From: a virus | Direction: 5' to 3' (one strand) | IMG/VR virus record: IMGVR_UViG_3300029908_000007 | Coordinates: 32,001-96,000 of that record | DNA: 64,000 nucleotides | Part shown: one piece after another, positions 27,495-36,521 of the stretch | Numbering within the stretch: the stretch's first letter is position 1 | Layout: each line of letters starts with the position of its first letter | Position numbers and translations under genes: made by a program | Notes under the pieces: model-generated | The model's database searches: none | What the model saw: only the letters and a program-made list of their open reading frames with translations | What the model was told of the DNA's origin: nothing

Positions 27495-29351
27495 TTAATT
27501 TGTAAAATGAAAGCCGCCTTTTTTCTTGGCCGTGCCGATATAAGTAGATGTACCGGCGATGCGCTTTGCGATTTCCTGTTGCATTTGCTCATTCACCGTG
27601 TAATTGGGTTTTGGAGGAACTCCGGCCTTTCCAGGATCGTCCGTATATCTCACATCAGGTTTGTAAGTTCCTTTAACGGACCAAAGATTCTGTCCTATAT
27701 ATCTCAAAGAATCGCAGATATCGGCAATACCCATTTCATCTGCTGGTTGTGTCGTTACGTTACCTTGGCCATCTAACTGAAAACGATGCTTGGAGATAGC
27801 GTTAATAGATCTCTTATTACTGTCCACATCAAGTATTCTAAGTGCCCTTTTCCCAACGGAATTGGTAATTTTAGAACGAACAGCGGAAATACCTCCAAGT
27901 ACGTCCTTTTTGTATTCGGCGCAACGCATGGCGTTTTTGTTAAAACTCTTAATGTAAGCTGGCATTGCGGTATCACAAAACCATTTCATTGGATTGTACT
28001 TGTCCCTAAATGTTTTTGCGGTTTCCAGCATATCGTCGAATTCCAAGCCAGGACATGCGTAGGTTTCCATTAACCACCAGTCGCCATTAGGAATTCTTGC
28101 CACTACCAAAATTACAAAATCGTGTGTGAATCCCCAATCAACACCGCAATAGAATTCTAGCCCCAATTTTTGCATTTCAATAAGAAGTGTTGTTTCATTG
28201 ATATTTTGAAGTCTAGTTGGCCCCATCAGGGTTTCATAGGCTTCTTTGATCGATATAGCATTTCCGTGTTTGCTGAATCTGGGATAAACCAATCCCTCAC
28301 TACCTGGTCTACGACACAGAAGCTGGGATTCAGAAATTTCTGGATCATTTTCTCGAAATTTCTGAATAACTGATGAAATAGGTTTATAGAAACCACCGGT
28401 GGCCGAGACATCTTTTGTGGCTAATTTTTTCTTACATAGTGGAAGTAATGGACATTTGATACAACCCGTGTGGGCCTGTGATACTAAATCGTATTTATTC
28501 TTCTCAATATCGGGCAAACCCACGTATTCCACCACAGTCAAATTTTTAAGAGGTAGAACTTTCGATACATACATGTCTTGTTTAGGCCCATCAGGTAGAT
28601 GGCGCTCGGTAGGACATCTTTCGGTTAGGTCCATTAAATTCCATCGTAGAACTTTGTAGTTCATGTCCGGAGCTTTTTCTAATGCTTCTGCGACATTACC
28701 AAAAGAATATTTATATGAACTTACATAAATTTGCATCCCATAAACACCACGAGAAAATCCTACGATATTCCGACCCTCTTTTAGTGCGGCTTTATCTGCG
28801 AGATCGAGTTCATCCAAAAAAAGTGCAGAGACATGCAAACCATTCATACCCTTTGACGAACAAATTACCACCTTCAAAAAAGGCGTTTTTCCTTGTGGGG
28901 TTTTGTATTTAATAACGCGCTTATTAGTTGAATGAGGTCTCCACCCAGCAGCCTCTAAAAGAGGTCCTATCTTAAATAAAAAACCTTCGATGTAACCTAA
29001 GGCAATAGAAGACTGCGACTCAATGGCGGCAGCATGCCCAACCTCTAACTGGAAATGCAGCAAAAGAAGAAGTTCAAGAATGGTTACAATAATTGTCTTT
29101 AGACCTTCTCGACAACTAATCATGATAGCGCCTGGTCGCTCATTACCTAGATTGTACTTAAAGGTTTCGTAAATATACCATGCACTGTGTAATGGATTCG
29201 ATGTACTATCAGGATCCGTGTTTTCGGTCGGAATCTCTAAGTCAAGAAAGAACTTCGCCCAATCCTTGATTTCCAGGGCGGAACTCAGGGGTGCTAGCAT
29301 AAATCGTGCCAATTCTTGCTTTCTCTCTTCGGGTAAGGTTGCAAAGTCCAT
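27495..29351 (-). CDS. terL: Terminase large subunit
   Basis: Walker A-like SCREGLKT; Walker B LFLDELD; RNase H-like GVDWGFTH...FCD...DICDSLRY. Confidence 0.85.
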   Translation of the reverse strand: MDFATLPEERKQELARFMLAPLSSALEIKDWAKFFLDLEIPTENTDPDSTSNPLHSAWYIYETFKYNLGNERPGAIMISCREGLKTIIVTILELLLLLHFQLEVGHAAAIESQSSIALGYIEGFLFKIGPLLEAAGWRPHSTNKRVIKYKTPQGKTPFLKVVICSSKGMNGLHVSALFLDELDLADKAALKEGRNIVGFSRGVYGMQIYVSSYKYSFGNVAEALEKAPDMNYKVLRWNLMDLTERCPTERHLPDGPKQDMYVSKVLPLKNLTVVEYVGLPDIEKNKYDLVSQAHTGCIKCPLLPLCKKKLATKDVSATGGFYKPISSVIQKFRENDPEISESQLLCRRPGSEGLVYPRFSKHGNAISIKEAYETLMGPTRLQNINETTLLIEMQKLGLEFYCGVDWGFTHDFVILVVARIPNGDWWLMETYACPGLEFDDMLETAKTFRDKYNPMKWFCDTAMPAYIKSFNKNAMRCAEYKKDVLGGISAVRSKITNSVGKRALRILDVDSNKRSINAISKHRFQLDGQGNVTTQPADEMGIADICDSLRYIGQNLWSVKGTYKPDVRYTDDPGKAGVPPKPNYTVNEQMQQEIAKRIAGTSTYIGTAKKKGGFHFTN

Positions 29352-29429
29352 ACCCCCTATATATCATAAATGAAAATAGTGCTTGACAATTGCCAAAAAT
29401 CAGGTATTGTGGGCTATAAGAGGAATAGT

Positions 29430-29897
29430 ATGGGCGATTACACACTTTGCAACCTACATTTTACCTTAAAAGAGGAAACCCCCGAGGAAGTACTGGATTT
29501 TGTTAGTAGAAAACTTACGCATAAACCAGGCCTGCCATCTGATCCCACCTTTCTTGATAATTTTTATCCCTGCTCTTCTGCCTATCACCACATAGAATCT
29601 TTTGTGGAGCAAAAAGATATGTGCAGTGAATTTTATGGAGACTATGAAGGAACAAAATTTAACACCATTTTTCAAGCTAAGTATGGCCGAGGTATTAGCG
29701 AATTTGAGGCCTATATTGGTCCATGGGTTATTGTAAATGAATGGAATCGCGGGTGCATTGGTTGGATTTTAAGTGAATATTGTAATGTTCCAACTTATTT
29801 GTTTGTTAAATCCCAAGAAGAAGATCCCAAAGATAAGTACATACATGAATTAGAAAGTAAATGTCAGGAATTGGTAGAAAAATTGAAAATTAAATGA
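29430..29897 (+). CDS. Hypothetical phage protein
   Basis: TTGACA promoter at 29383; RBS GAGG; MGDYT...LKEETPEEV. Confidence 0.6.
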   Translation: MGDYTLCNLHFTLKEETPEEVLDFVSRKLTHKPGLPSDPTFLDNFYPCSSAYHHIESFVEQKDMCSEFYGDYEGTKFNTIFQAKYGRGISEFEAYIGPWVIVNEWNRGCIGWILSEYCNVPTYLFVKSQEEDPKDKYIHELESKCQELVEKLKIK

Positions 29898-31399
29898 AAC
29901 TTAGAATCCTATCCCCCACACGCGCCTACATTGCCGACCATACCGAGTTGGAGATGGAAAGCCTTGTAAAACAGATGAGTTATGTAGATCTTACTGCGAA
30001 ACATGAACTTAAGAGAGTTTCTAAGAATCATTGGTTTAAAACACAAAATCCCGTAAAATGGCAGTTGACGTGTGATCTGCTCAAAGAACAAATCAATCAA
30101 TGTTTGATATTTACCGACAAGACCGGATTCAAATACATTCGTCCCGGCTCCATACCCTATCTTGAGGGCCTCTCACTGGAAATCGAAGATTTTCTAGTAT
30201 ATCCCACACCCAAGAGGATTCCATGGGTAAAACCGATTCCCTACACTTTGTACGATTATCAAACCCTATCCGTTACTAAACTAATAGAAGCAAAACACGG
30301 GAATGTTTCCATAACCACAGGCGGTGGTAAATCCAATATCATTCTATCCATCTGCCGTGAAACCGGATTTAGATGTGCCATCGTTGCCCCCTCCAAGGCC
30401 ATTTTCAACGAATTGGTCGAGAAATTCGAATACCATCTCGGCAAGGGCAATATTGGCAAGTTTGGCGCCGGTAAGAAAAAACTCGGCAAAAGAATTACGA
30501 TCTGTATCGGAGATAGTCTTTGTAACGTGGCAAAGGGCAGCGAGGAGTGGAAGTTCTTTTCTGGTCTGGAAATGCTCGTTATTGATGAAAGCCACACCTG
30601 GGGATCTGAAACCCTGGAAGAAGTATGCCATGGAATTTTCTCCGAGGTTCCCTATAGATTCTTCCTTTCCGCCACCCAGACTCGTGGCGATGGCGGTGTA
30701 AAGCTCTTACAATCTATTATCGGCAAAACCGTACACACCCTAACTACACGGGAAGCTGTCGAAGGTGGCTATATCATTCCCCACGATTACCGCATCGTAC
30801 AGATCGATGGCAGCGATCTCAGCCAGTTGGGCACCGATCCTCTGATGATTAAAAGAGAGCTATTCCTTAGAAATCCAAAGATTGCTAGGTTTTATGCAAA
30901 ATTAGCTAGCGCTCTCGCAAGTAGAGGAGAGCAGACTCTTATTCTAGTAGAGGAATTGGGTCAAATCGCCATGCTAACCAAGCTATTGACGGCCTCCTTT
31001 GGGTACGCACACTCAGAGTCCAATAAGGAGCGTCTGGCTTCTTTGGGATTAGAAAAAGTTGATGTAGCCGAGCAAATTGATCGGTTTAATAAAAATGAGT
31101 TTAAAATACTTATTGTAACTTCTTGCGGGCACGTAGGCGTTAATATCTATCCCATGACCAATACCCTTAACTGGGTGGGCGGAGCTTCAGAAATTAAGAC
31201 CAGGCAGGCCGCCATTGGCCGCTCGATTAGGCTACCGCAAGCCAACCCTTACAAGAGTAAGTGCGGAAATAAGAGCAAATGTACGATCTGGGATTTCGAT
31301 ATAACCGGAAATTATGTCCTTGAGCGCCATTTGGAATCTCGTATTCGATGCTATGCAGATTCTGGACCAAATCTCATCAAGTATATACGCTTGAAATAG
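29894..31399 (+). CDS. SF2 DNA helicase (UvsW-like)
   Basis: LYDYQ, TTGGGKS, IDESH, SAT, QAAIGRSIR. Confidence 0.9.
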   Translation: MKLRILSPTRAYIADHTELEMESLVKQMSYVDLTAKHELKRVSKNHWFKTQNPVKWQLTCDLLKEQINQCLIFTDKTGFKYIRPGSIPYLEGLSLEIEDFLVYPTPKRIPWVKPIPYTLYDYQTLSVTKLIEAKHGNVSITTGGGKSNIILSICRETGFRCAIVAPSKAIFNELVEKFEYHLGKGNIGKFGAGKKKLGKRITICIGDSLCNVAKGSEEWKFFSGLEMLVIDESHTWGSETLEEVCHGIFSEVPYRFFLSATQTRGDGGVKLLQSIIGKTVHTLTTREAVEGGYIIPHDYRIVQIDGSDLSQLGTDPLMIKRELFLRNPKIARFYAKLASALASRGEQTLILVEELGQIAMLTKLLTASFGYAHSESNKERLASLGLEKVDVAEQIDRFNKNEFKILIVTSCGHVGVNIYPMTNTLNWVGGASEIKTRQAAIGRSIRLPQANPYKSKCGNKSKCTIWDFDITGNYVLERHLESRIRCYADSGPNLIKYIRLK

Positions 31400-31420
31400 T
31401 TATGATATATAAGAGTTGTA

Positions 31421-32476
31421 ATGGCAAAAACAACTCCGAAAAAGAAATTCGAAACCTTCAGCAATGACTTTTATTGGCTGGCTACGGCTATCTCCCATAT
31501 ATTGGCTAAGAATAAGGAAGACGATACCAGTCAAAAAGAACAGGTAGAAGAGCTGATTTTAAGTGAACACCTCTTTAAAGAAGAAATTCTCAAGTATAAG
31601 TATTCCAGTCAGGTTTACAAGAAATTCATCCAAAAGATCCGCGTTACCGATCACAATATCCTATACGCCAAAGTCTATTTCCGTGAGTCCTCTGACGTTT
31701 TCTCTCAAAAGATCACCCCCTGTCTAAAAAGCGATGATACCGAGGGTCTAAAGAAGTTCAATATTAACTACAATTTGATCCAATTCATTAAAAAAAATTG
31801 GAGGGGGCCTCTAGGCGCTAGAGCTGAAAAACTCTATCTCAGAGTCGAAAGAGCCCGTCGTGTCCTCCAGGAAAACAACCTCCCCTTAGTTATCAACGCC
31901 GCCAAGCTCTTCTATCGAAAAGTCCCTAAAAGCTCCATCACCCTCCTAGACATGATCAACGTAAGCGCTATGGGTTTGAGTTCCGCTATAGACAAATATA
32001 TTGGTGACAAAAATGGTAATTATTCCGAGGTCTTCAGAAGTGTTATCCTGGGTAGAGCCACCGGTAATCTGATTAAACTCTACTCCGAAACCAGCCTTCA
32101 TTTCTACCCCAGCGACCGCAGGATCCTATATAAAGCCAACTCGATTCGTAGTAGGAAGGGAATCAGCGATGTCCAAGAATTGGCTGAAGCCATCAATGAA
32201 AGTTTTGTCGCCGACGCCGCTGAAGGCCTTAACGTTCCAAAGAACAAGATCAAGGCTGCGGAATTACAGGAACTTTTAAACGCAGCTTCCATTGTTTCTG
32301 TGGAACAGACCATTAACGAAGAAAACTTCAGCGCCTACGATCTCACTCCCGATAACAGTGCCAATGCCGAAGAAGCCATGCTTCACAAAGAAATGAACGC
32401 AAACGTCAAAAACTTAATCGATCAGCTCCCTCCTTTACATCAAAAAGTACTAAAACTCAGAGGCGTCACTTTTTAG
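31421..32476 (+). CDS. Phage sigma70-family RNA polymerase sigma factor
   Basis: Region 2 ENNLPLVINAAK...LLDMIN...GL..AIDKY; region 3-4 remnants (LIDQLPPLHQKVLKLR). Confidence 0.8.
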   Translation: MAKTTPKKKFETFSNDFYWLATAISHILAKNKEDDTSQKEQVEELILSEHLFKEEILKYKYSSQVYKKFIQKIRVTDHNILYAKVYFRESSDVFSQKITPCLKSDDTEGLKKFNINYNLIQFIKKNWRGPLGARAEKLYLRVERARRVLQENNLPLVINAAKLFYRKVPKSSITLLDMINVSAMGLSSAIDKYIGDKNGNYSEVFRSVILGRATGNLIKLYSETSLHFYPSDRRILYKANSIRSRKGISDVQELAEAINESFVADAAEGLNVPKNKIKAAELQELLNAASIVSVEQTINEENFSAYDLTPDNSANAEEAMLHKEMNANVKNLIDQLPPLHQKVLKLRGVTF

Positions 32477-32505
32477 TTGACAAAGGCGCAGCGGCCTGGT
32501 AGAGT
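32477..32505 (+). promoter_or_regulatory. sigma70-like promoter
   Basis: TTGACA-N17-TAGAGT with upstream TG. Confidence 0.55.
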
Positions 32506-32523
32506 ATCTGACAGGAGATCTAT

Positions 32524-32703
32524 ATGAGCAAAGAAAAACTAATCAGTGCCACTAAATACGTGGAATCACTTAAGAATAAGCTTGCCGATGGCGTTCCCGC
32601 CAAACATCGAACTCGTGCTGCCCAATACAAAGCTTTTTTGGAAAAGGAATTGAAGGCCGCTAGTACGAAGATTGAAAATCTTAAGATAACCGTTACCAAA
32701 TAG
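32524..32703 (+). CDS. Small hypothetical protein (59 aa, not in the ORF track)
   Basis: AGGAG RBS; MSKEKLISATKYVESLKNK...ITVTK*. Confidence 0.7.
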   Translation: MSKEKLISATKYVESLKNKLADGVPAKHRTRAAQYKAFLEKELKAASTKIENLKITVTK

Positions 32704-32710
32704 GAGAGCT

Positions 32711-33034
32711 ATGCTAGACAAACCCACTTCTTTTAATGGTAAACTCGTATTAGAGGTTTATGTCCACACAGAAGTTCGTAGCAATACGACCAAGGGTTGG
32801 ACTGGCGTTGTTCAAAAGAATAACTTAAAAGGGCTCAAAGTCTTGGTTGACGCCAATCTCCCAAATGGAAGTTCGGTTTCCGCTGGCTCTGTGGCTTGGA
32901 TTAAAGAAGATCTTTTGCACTCATCTCCTTGGGCCAAAGATGTGCGTAAATGCGATTTCATCCCTGGTGAATTCATTTTGGTTAACATGAACGAAGTGGA
33001 ATTTGTGAGTCCTCCCGAAGGGACTGTTGCTTGA
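32711..33034 (+). CDS. Possible GroES-like co-chaperonin
   Basis: P.SFNGKLVLE...T.KG..G...V..G.V...GEFILV....V.FV follows the GroES layout; 107 aa. Confidence 0.4.
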   Translation: MLDKPTSFNGKLVLEVYVHTEVRSNTTKGWTGVVQKNNLKGLKVLVDANLPNGSSVSAGSVAWIKEDLLHSSPWAKDVRKCDFIPGEFILVNMNEVEFVSPPEGTVA

Positions 33035-33225
33035 GAGTTGGAAGATATTTCCGAATAGGGCGCCTTGCAATCGTAGTAGGACCTTATGCTGCTTGGGGTT
33101 CTATAGAAGGCTCCTGCGGTTGTAAGATCTGGGGATTGGGGCGCTTCGAAATCACATGGTTTGACAAAACCTGTAAATGCCGAGCTTGTGGTAGCCATAT
33201 ATGCAAATGTAAGGATGCGGTATGA
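33031..33225 (+). CDS. Small Cys-rich hypothetical protein
   Basis: Overlapping start/stop with both neighbours. Confidence 0.45.
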   Translation: MRVGRYFRIGRLAIVVGPYAAWGSIEGSCGCKIWGLGRFEITWFDKTCKCRACGSHICKCKDAV

Positions 33226-34193
33226 CGGTACTTTATTTGGGAGATCCTCACGTAACCGTTTCCAACCTAGCAGAATCCGAAAGACTTCTAGTTTATGTCG
33301 AATCTTTGGGGTCTTCTGACCTTACTTTGGTTATCTTAGGTGATCTTACGCATACTCATGCCAACGTGAGAGTTGAGGTCCTGGAATTTTGGAATCGATG
33401 GTTTGCAAAATTAAATGACCTATTTAAGAAAGTTATCGTATTAGTCGGGAATCATGATCAAATCGGCGATTATAAATCTAATTCCCATTCATTAAGTGTT
33501 TTTAATGGAATATACGAAAAAGTTTTGATAGTATCATCGCCAATAAATCTCGGCATTTTTGGTTATATTCCCTATATTCACGACAAAAAACTGTTTACAG
33601 TACAAGCTAACAAACTGTGCTCTAATGGCGCTAAAGTAATTGTCGCCCACGCCGAACTGGATGGAGCTAAATACGAAAGTGGAATGCCCGTCGTAGACGG
33701 CGTTAAATATCAAGACATCAACGCTTCATTAATTATTTCGGGCCATTATCATTCCAGGCAACGTTTTGGAAATGTGATTTATCCCGGAACAGCCCGTTGG
33801 TTAACCGCAGCCGACAAAAACGAACCTAAGGCCCTTTGGTTCGTGAACTTTGACGATGAAGGCAAAATCCTCTCCGAACAATTCCTTGACACCTCCCATG
33901 TCTGCGTTCCCATCTATGCCTACCAATACAAAGAAGGCGAAGCCGAACCCGCTATTCCGGAAGGTAGCCGCGCATCTGTAGAACTTGTTGGCTCTTCTAT
34001 TTGGGTTTCTCAACAGAAAGCCAAATTCAAAGGCAAAGCCTCGGTCAGTTCTAAGATCACAGATAAAGCCCGTCCCGAGAACCGCAAGACCGGGAATAGT
34101 CTCGCACATTTTGTTACCAATGTGTTCGAGGTTTCTGGCGGCCTAAAGAAAGAAAAGATGATCGACTTTATGAAGGAACTTGGAGTGTTATGA
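33222..34193 (+). CDS. SbcD/Mre11-like nuclease (T4 gp47-like)
   Basis: GDPH, GDL, GNHD, SGHYH calcineurin-like motifs; SbcC-like gene nearby. Confidence 0.85.
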   Translation: MTVLYLGDPHVTVSNLAESERLLVYVESLGSSDLTLVILGDLTHTHANVRVEVLEFWNRWFAKLNDLFKKVIVLVGNHDQIGDYKSNSHSLSVFNGIYEKVLIVSSPINLGIFGYIPYIHDKKLFTVQANKLCSNGAKVIVAHAELDGAKYESGMPVVDGVKYQDINASLIISGHYHSRQRFGNVIYPGTARWLTAADKNEPKALWFVNFDDEGKILSEQFLDTSHVCVPIYAYQYKEGEAEPAIPEGSRASVELVGSSIWVSQQKAKFKGKASVSSKITDKARPENRKTGNSLAHFVTNVFEVSGGLKKEKMIDFMKELGVL

Positions 34194-34546
34194 GCGAAGA
34201 TATTTTAAAGCAACTCAAAGATATGGCCCAGATGTCTGCTATTACCGGAAAAATCTCTACGGTTCAGGAACGCAATCTAAAAATGTACCCACTTGTATTT
34301 TTTGATGGTGTGGAGCGGGTTGAAATCAACTACGATCTATCCCCCATCAGATCCTCCGAAAACGGCAGCGATTTGGTTGCAGCCAAGTCATTTGTGGCCT
34401 ATGACATCAAAACCGATGGTAGAGAAGTTATGAATTTAAATAGACGATGTGCTGCCATTGACAGAGCCGTTGCTACCCTGCTTTGGTCTGGGATCCACGT
34501 AGAAGTATTCGTTGATGGTGTTCAAAAATATGGAGGCGCTAAATGA
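34190..34546 (+). CDS. Hypothetical protein
   Basis: ATGA coupling, GGAG RBS. Confidence 0.6.
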   Translation: MSEDILKQLKDMAQMSAITGKISTVQERNLKMYPLVFFDGVERVEINYDLSPIRSSENGSDLVAAKSFVAYDIKTDGREVMNLNRRCAAIDRAVATLLWSGIHVEVFVDGVQKYGGAK

Positions 34547-35274
34547 GCTACGAAGGAACCCTGACCGTCCTCAAAGATGGCAAAACCACCGATCTCACTC
34601 CCAAAGAGCTTCAACAAATCGAAAAATTTAAAGAAGCCGGTTTGCCAGGCATAACTACTGTTTCTGACGTTGGAATGACCAAAGCCTTGGATCTCTATTT
34701 AGGTGGTAAGACCTACCACGAAATCTCTAAAATTCTTAGCATGAAAAAAGACGCGCTTTTGTATTTCGCCCAAAAATTCAATTGGTATGGAACCAAGATG
34801 GAACAATTGGAGATCTTAGACGCCAACCTTAAAGAACGCATTTTACACGCCAATCTCGTAAATCAAGACTTTGTATTACAAATCCAACAGTTCTTCTTAC
34901 ATAAAATCGGTAGGAAGATTAACCGCTACTTAGCTACTGGAGATGAAACAATTGCCGCAAAAATCGATTCTAAGGATATCGACAGATATCAAAAGGCTGT
35001 GGAATTATTAGATAAACTGACTACCGACAAGAAACTGAATCCCCGAAATCCATCGGTAGGTTTTAACCTCGGAGAAGGCGGCGTTGACGTTAAACGCGTT
35101 GGTGAGAACGAAATCACCATTACCCCTAGGAATAAGACTGTTGGTGAAATGCTCAATGAATTAGCCAACACAAAACGCAAAGAAGAAGCTCCCAAAGATA
35201 GTTATGATATAGTAATGGAAGAGTCTAAAAACGAAGAAACAGAACAGAAAGAAGAGAAAGAAGATGAAGAATAA
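34543..35274 (+). CDS. HTH protein, possibly terminase small subunit-like
   Basis: ALDLYLGGKTYHEISKIL HTH followed by a helical region and acidic tail. Confidence 0.4.
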   Translation: MSYEGTLTVLKDGKTTDLTPKELQQIEKFKEAGLPGITTVSDVGMTKALDLYLGGKTYHEISKILSMKKDALLYFAQKFNWYGTKMEQLEILDANLKERILHANLVNQDFVLQIQQFFLHKIGRKINRYLATGDETIAAKIDSKDIDRYQKAVELLDKLTTDKKLNPRNPSVGFNLGEGGVDVKRVGENEITITPRNKTVGEMLNELANTKRKEEAPKDSYDIVMEESKNEETEQKEEKEDEE

Positions 35275-36241
35275 AATGACCAGGGCAATTGAAAGCCGCT
35301 TAGCACCTATTTTTAAGAAAATCGAGTCCAGTCTCGGGGTAAAATCCAAGATCGCCCTTGGTTTGACAGCCCTATTGGCTATTGCCATCGCAATTGGCTC
35401 TAATATGCAACCCAATGATGTGACGGCTAGCAGTGTTGCAATTACTAATATCGCTGAAAACAGCGGTGGAACTGGGATTGTGCTTAGTTCCAGCGAGACA
35501 TCGAGCACGATTCTCACCAACTCCCATGTCTGTCACGTCGTCGAACACGGCGGTAAAGTTACTGGCAAGAATGGTCAATTTCTGGTCGCAACCTATAAGC
35601 ATTCCCAAGCCCACGATCTTTGCCTGATCACTGTAGATGGCAACCTCAAAGCTTTCACTAAGATCTCCAATCGCGCCCCTGTGCCATTTTACGAACCCGC
35701 TACGGTCAGCGGACATCCAGCTCTCTACCCCAACGTTATCACCAATGGTCATTTCAGTGGTCGCCGAACCATTGCTGTTATGAAGGGCATTAAGCCCTGC
35801 ACCGAGGAGCAAGCCAACGGACCCGCAGCTCTGTTATGCGCTTTGGTGGGTGGGATTCCTCAAATCGTTCAATACGACGCCACTTTAGTAACTGCAACAA
35901 TTATGCCAGGAAGTAGCGGTTCAGGAGTTTATAATGGAGACAAAGATCTCTCAGCTGTGGTTTTTGCTGGCAGCGGAGACATCGGCTACGGATGGACAGT
36001 TCCCTATGAATCAATGCGCAATTTCTTGGATCTCGAAGCTCGCACCCTAGAAGCGATTCGCCCAGACAATGCCGTTGATTTCTTGGGTCAGTTCGGTAAA
36101 AGGGACGCAGCCAATGAGAACAACTTGATTAAAAAACTTAAGGAAACCTGCGCTGGCGAAAATCGTGCCAAACTCCTTGAAACTTGTAATCTCGTTGATC
36201 AAGATCTTGTTGCCGACTCAAGCATGATTTGGTTCAAATAA
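35264..36241 (+). CDS. Membrane-anchored/secreted trypsin-like (S1) serine protease
   Basis: N-terminal hydrophobic helix; triad ILTNSHVC / HDLCL / PGSSGSG. Confidence 0.85.
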   Translation: MKNKMTRAIESRLAPIFKKIESSLGVKSKIALGLTALLAIAIAIGSNMQPNDVTASSVAITNIAENSGGTGIVLSSSETSSTILTNSHVCHVVEHGGKVTGKNGQFLVATYKHSQAHDLCLITVDGNLKAFTKISNRAPVPFYEPATVSGHPALYPNVITNGHFSGRRTIAVMKGIKPCTEEQANGPAALLCALVGGIPQIVQYDATLVTATIMPGSSGSGVYNGDKDLSAVVFAGSGDIGYGWTVPYESMRNFLDLEARTLEAIRPDNAVDFLGQFGKRDAANENNLIKKLKETCAGENRAKLLETCNLVDQDLVADSSMIWFK

Positions 36242-36489
36242 TGCCCTTGTTCTTCTATCTCTGTTCTTGTGGTCTGTCTTCTTCCAAGTTCTTCCGGGTG
36301 GTGGCTTCGGCCCCACTCGGAATTACTTGTAAGTGTGGACTGGAGATGAAGAAACAACTCAAGGGACCTAGCAACAATAGTGTAATTATTGTGGATAATG
36401 GAATTCAATCAAAAGCCACGGAAGTCGATCTCGCCGTAGTTGCCTCGAACGAGGAAAATAGTACCAAAGATTTTAGAGAAAAACCTTGA
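36241..36489 (+). CDS. FmdB-like Zn-ribbon protein
   Basis: MPLFFYLCSCG...CKCG..MKKQL. Confidence 0.6.
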   Translation: MPLFFYLCSCGLSSSKFFRVVASAPLGITCKCGLEMKKQLKGPSNNSVIIVDNGIQSKATEVDLAVVASNEENSTKDFREKP

Positions 36490-36514
36490 CTTTTTAAAGT
36501 CCCTCTGATATCCT
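36486..36514 (+). promoter_or_regulatory. sigma70-like promoter
   Basis: TTGACT-N17-TATCCT with upstream TG. Confidence 0.5.
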
Positions 36515-36521
36515 GTAATCG

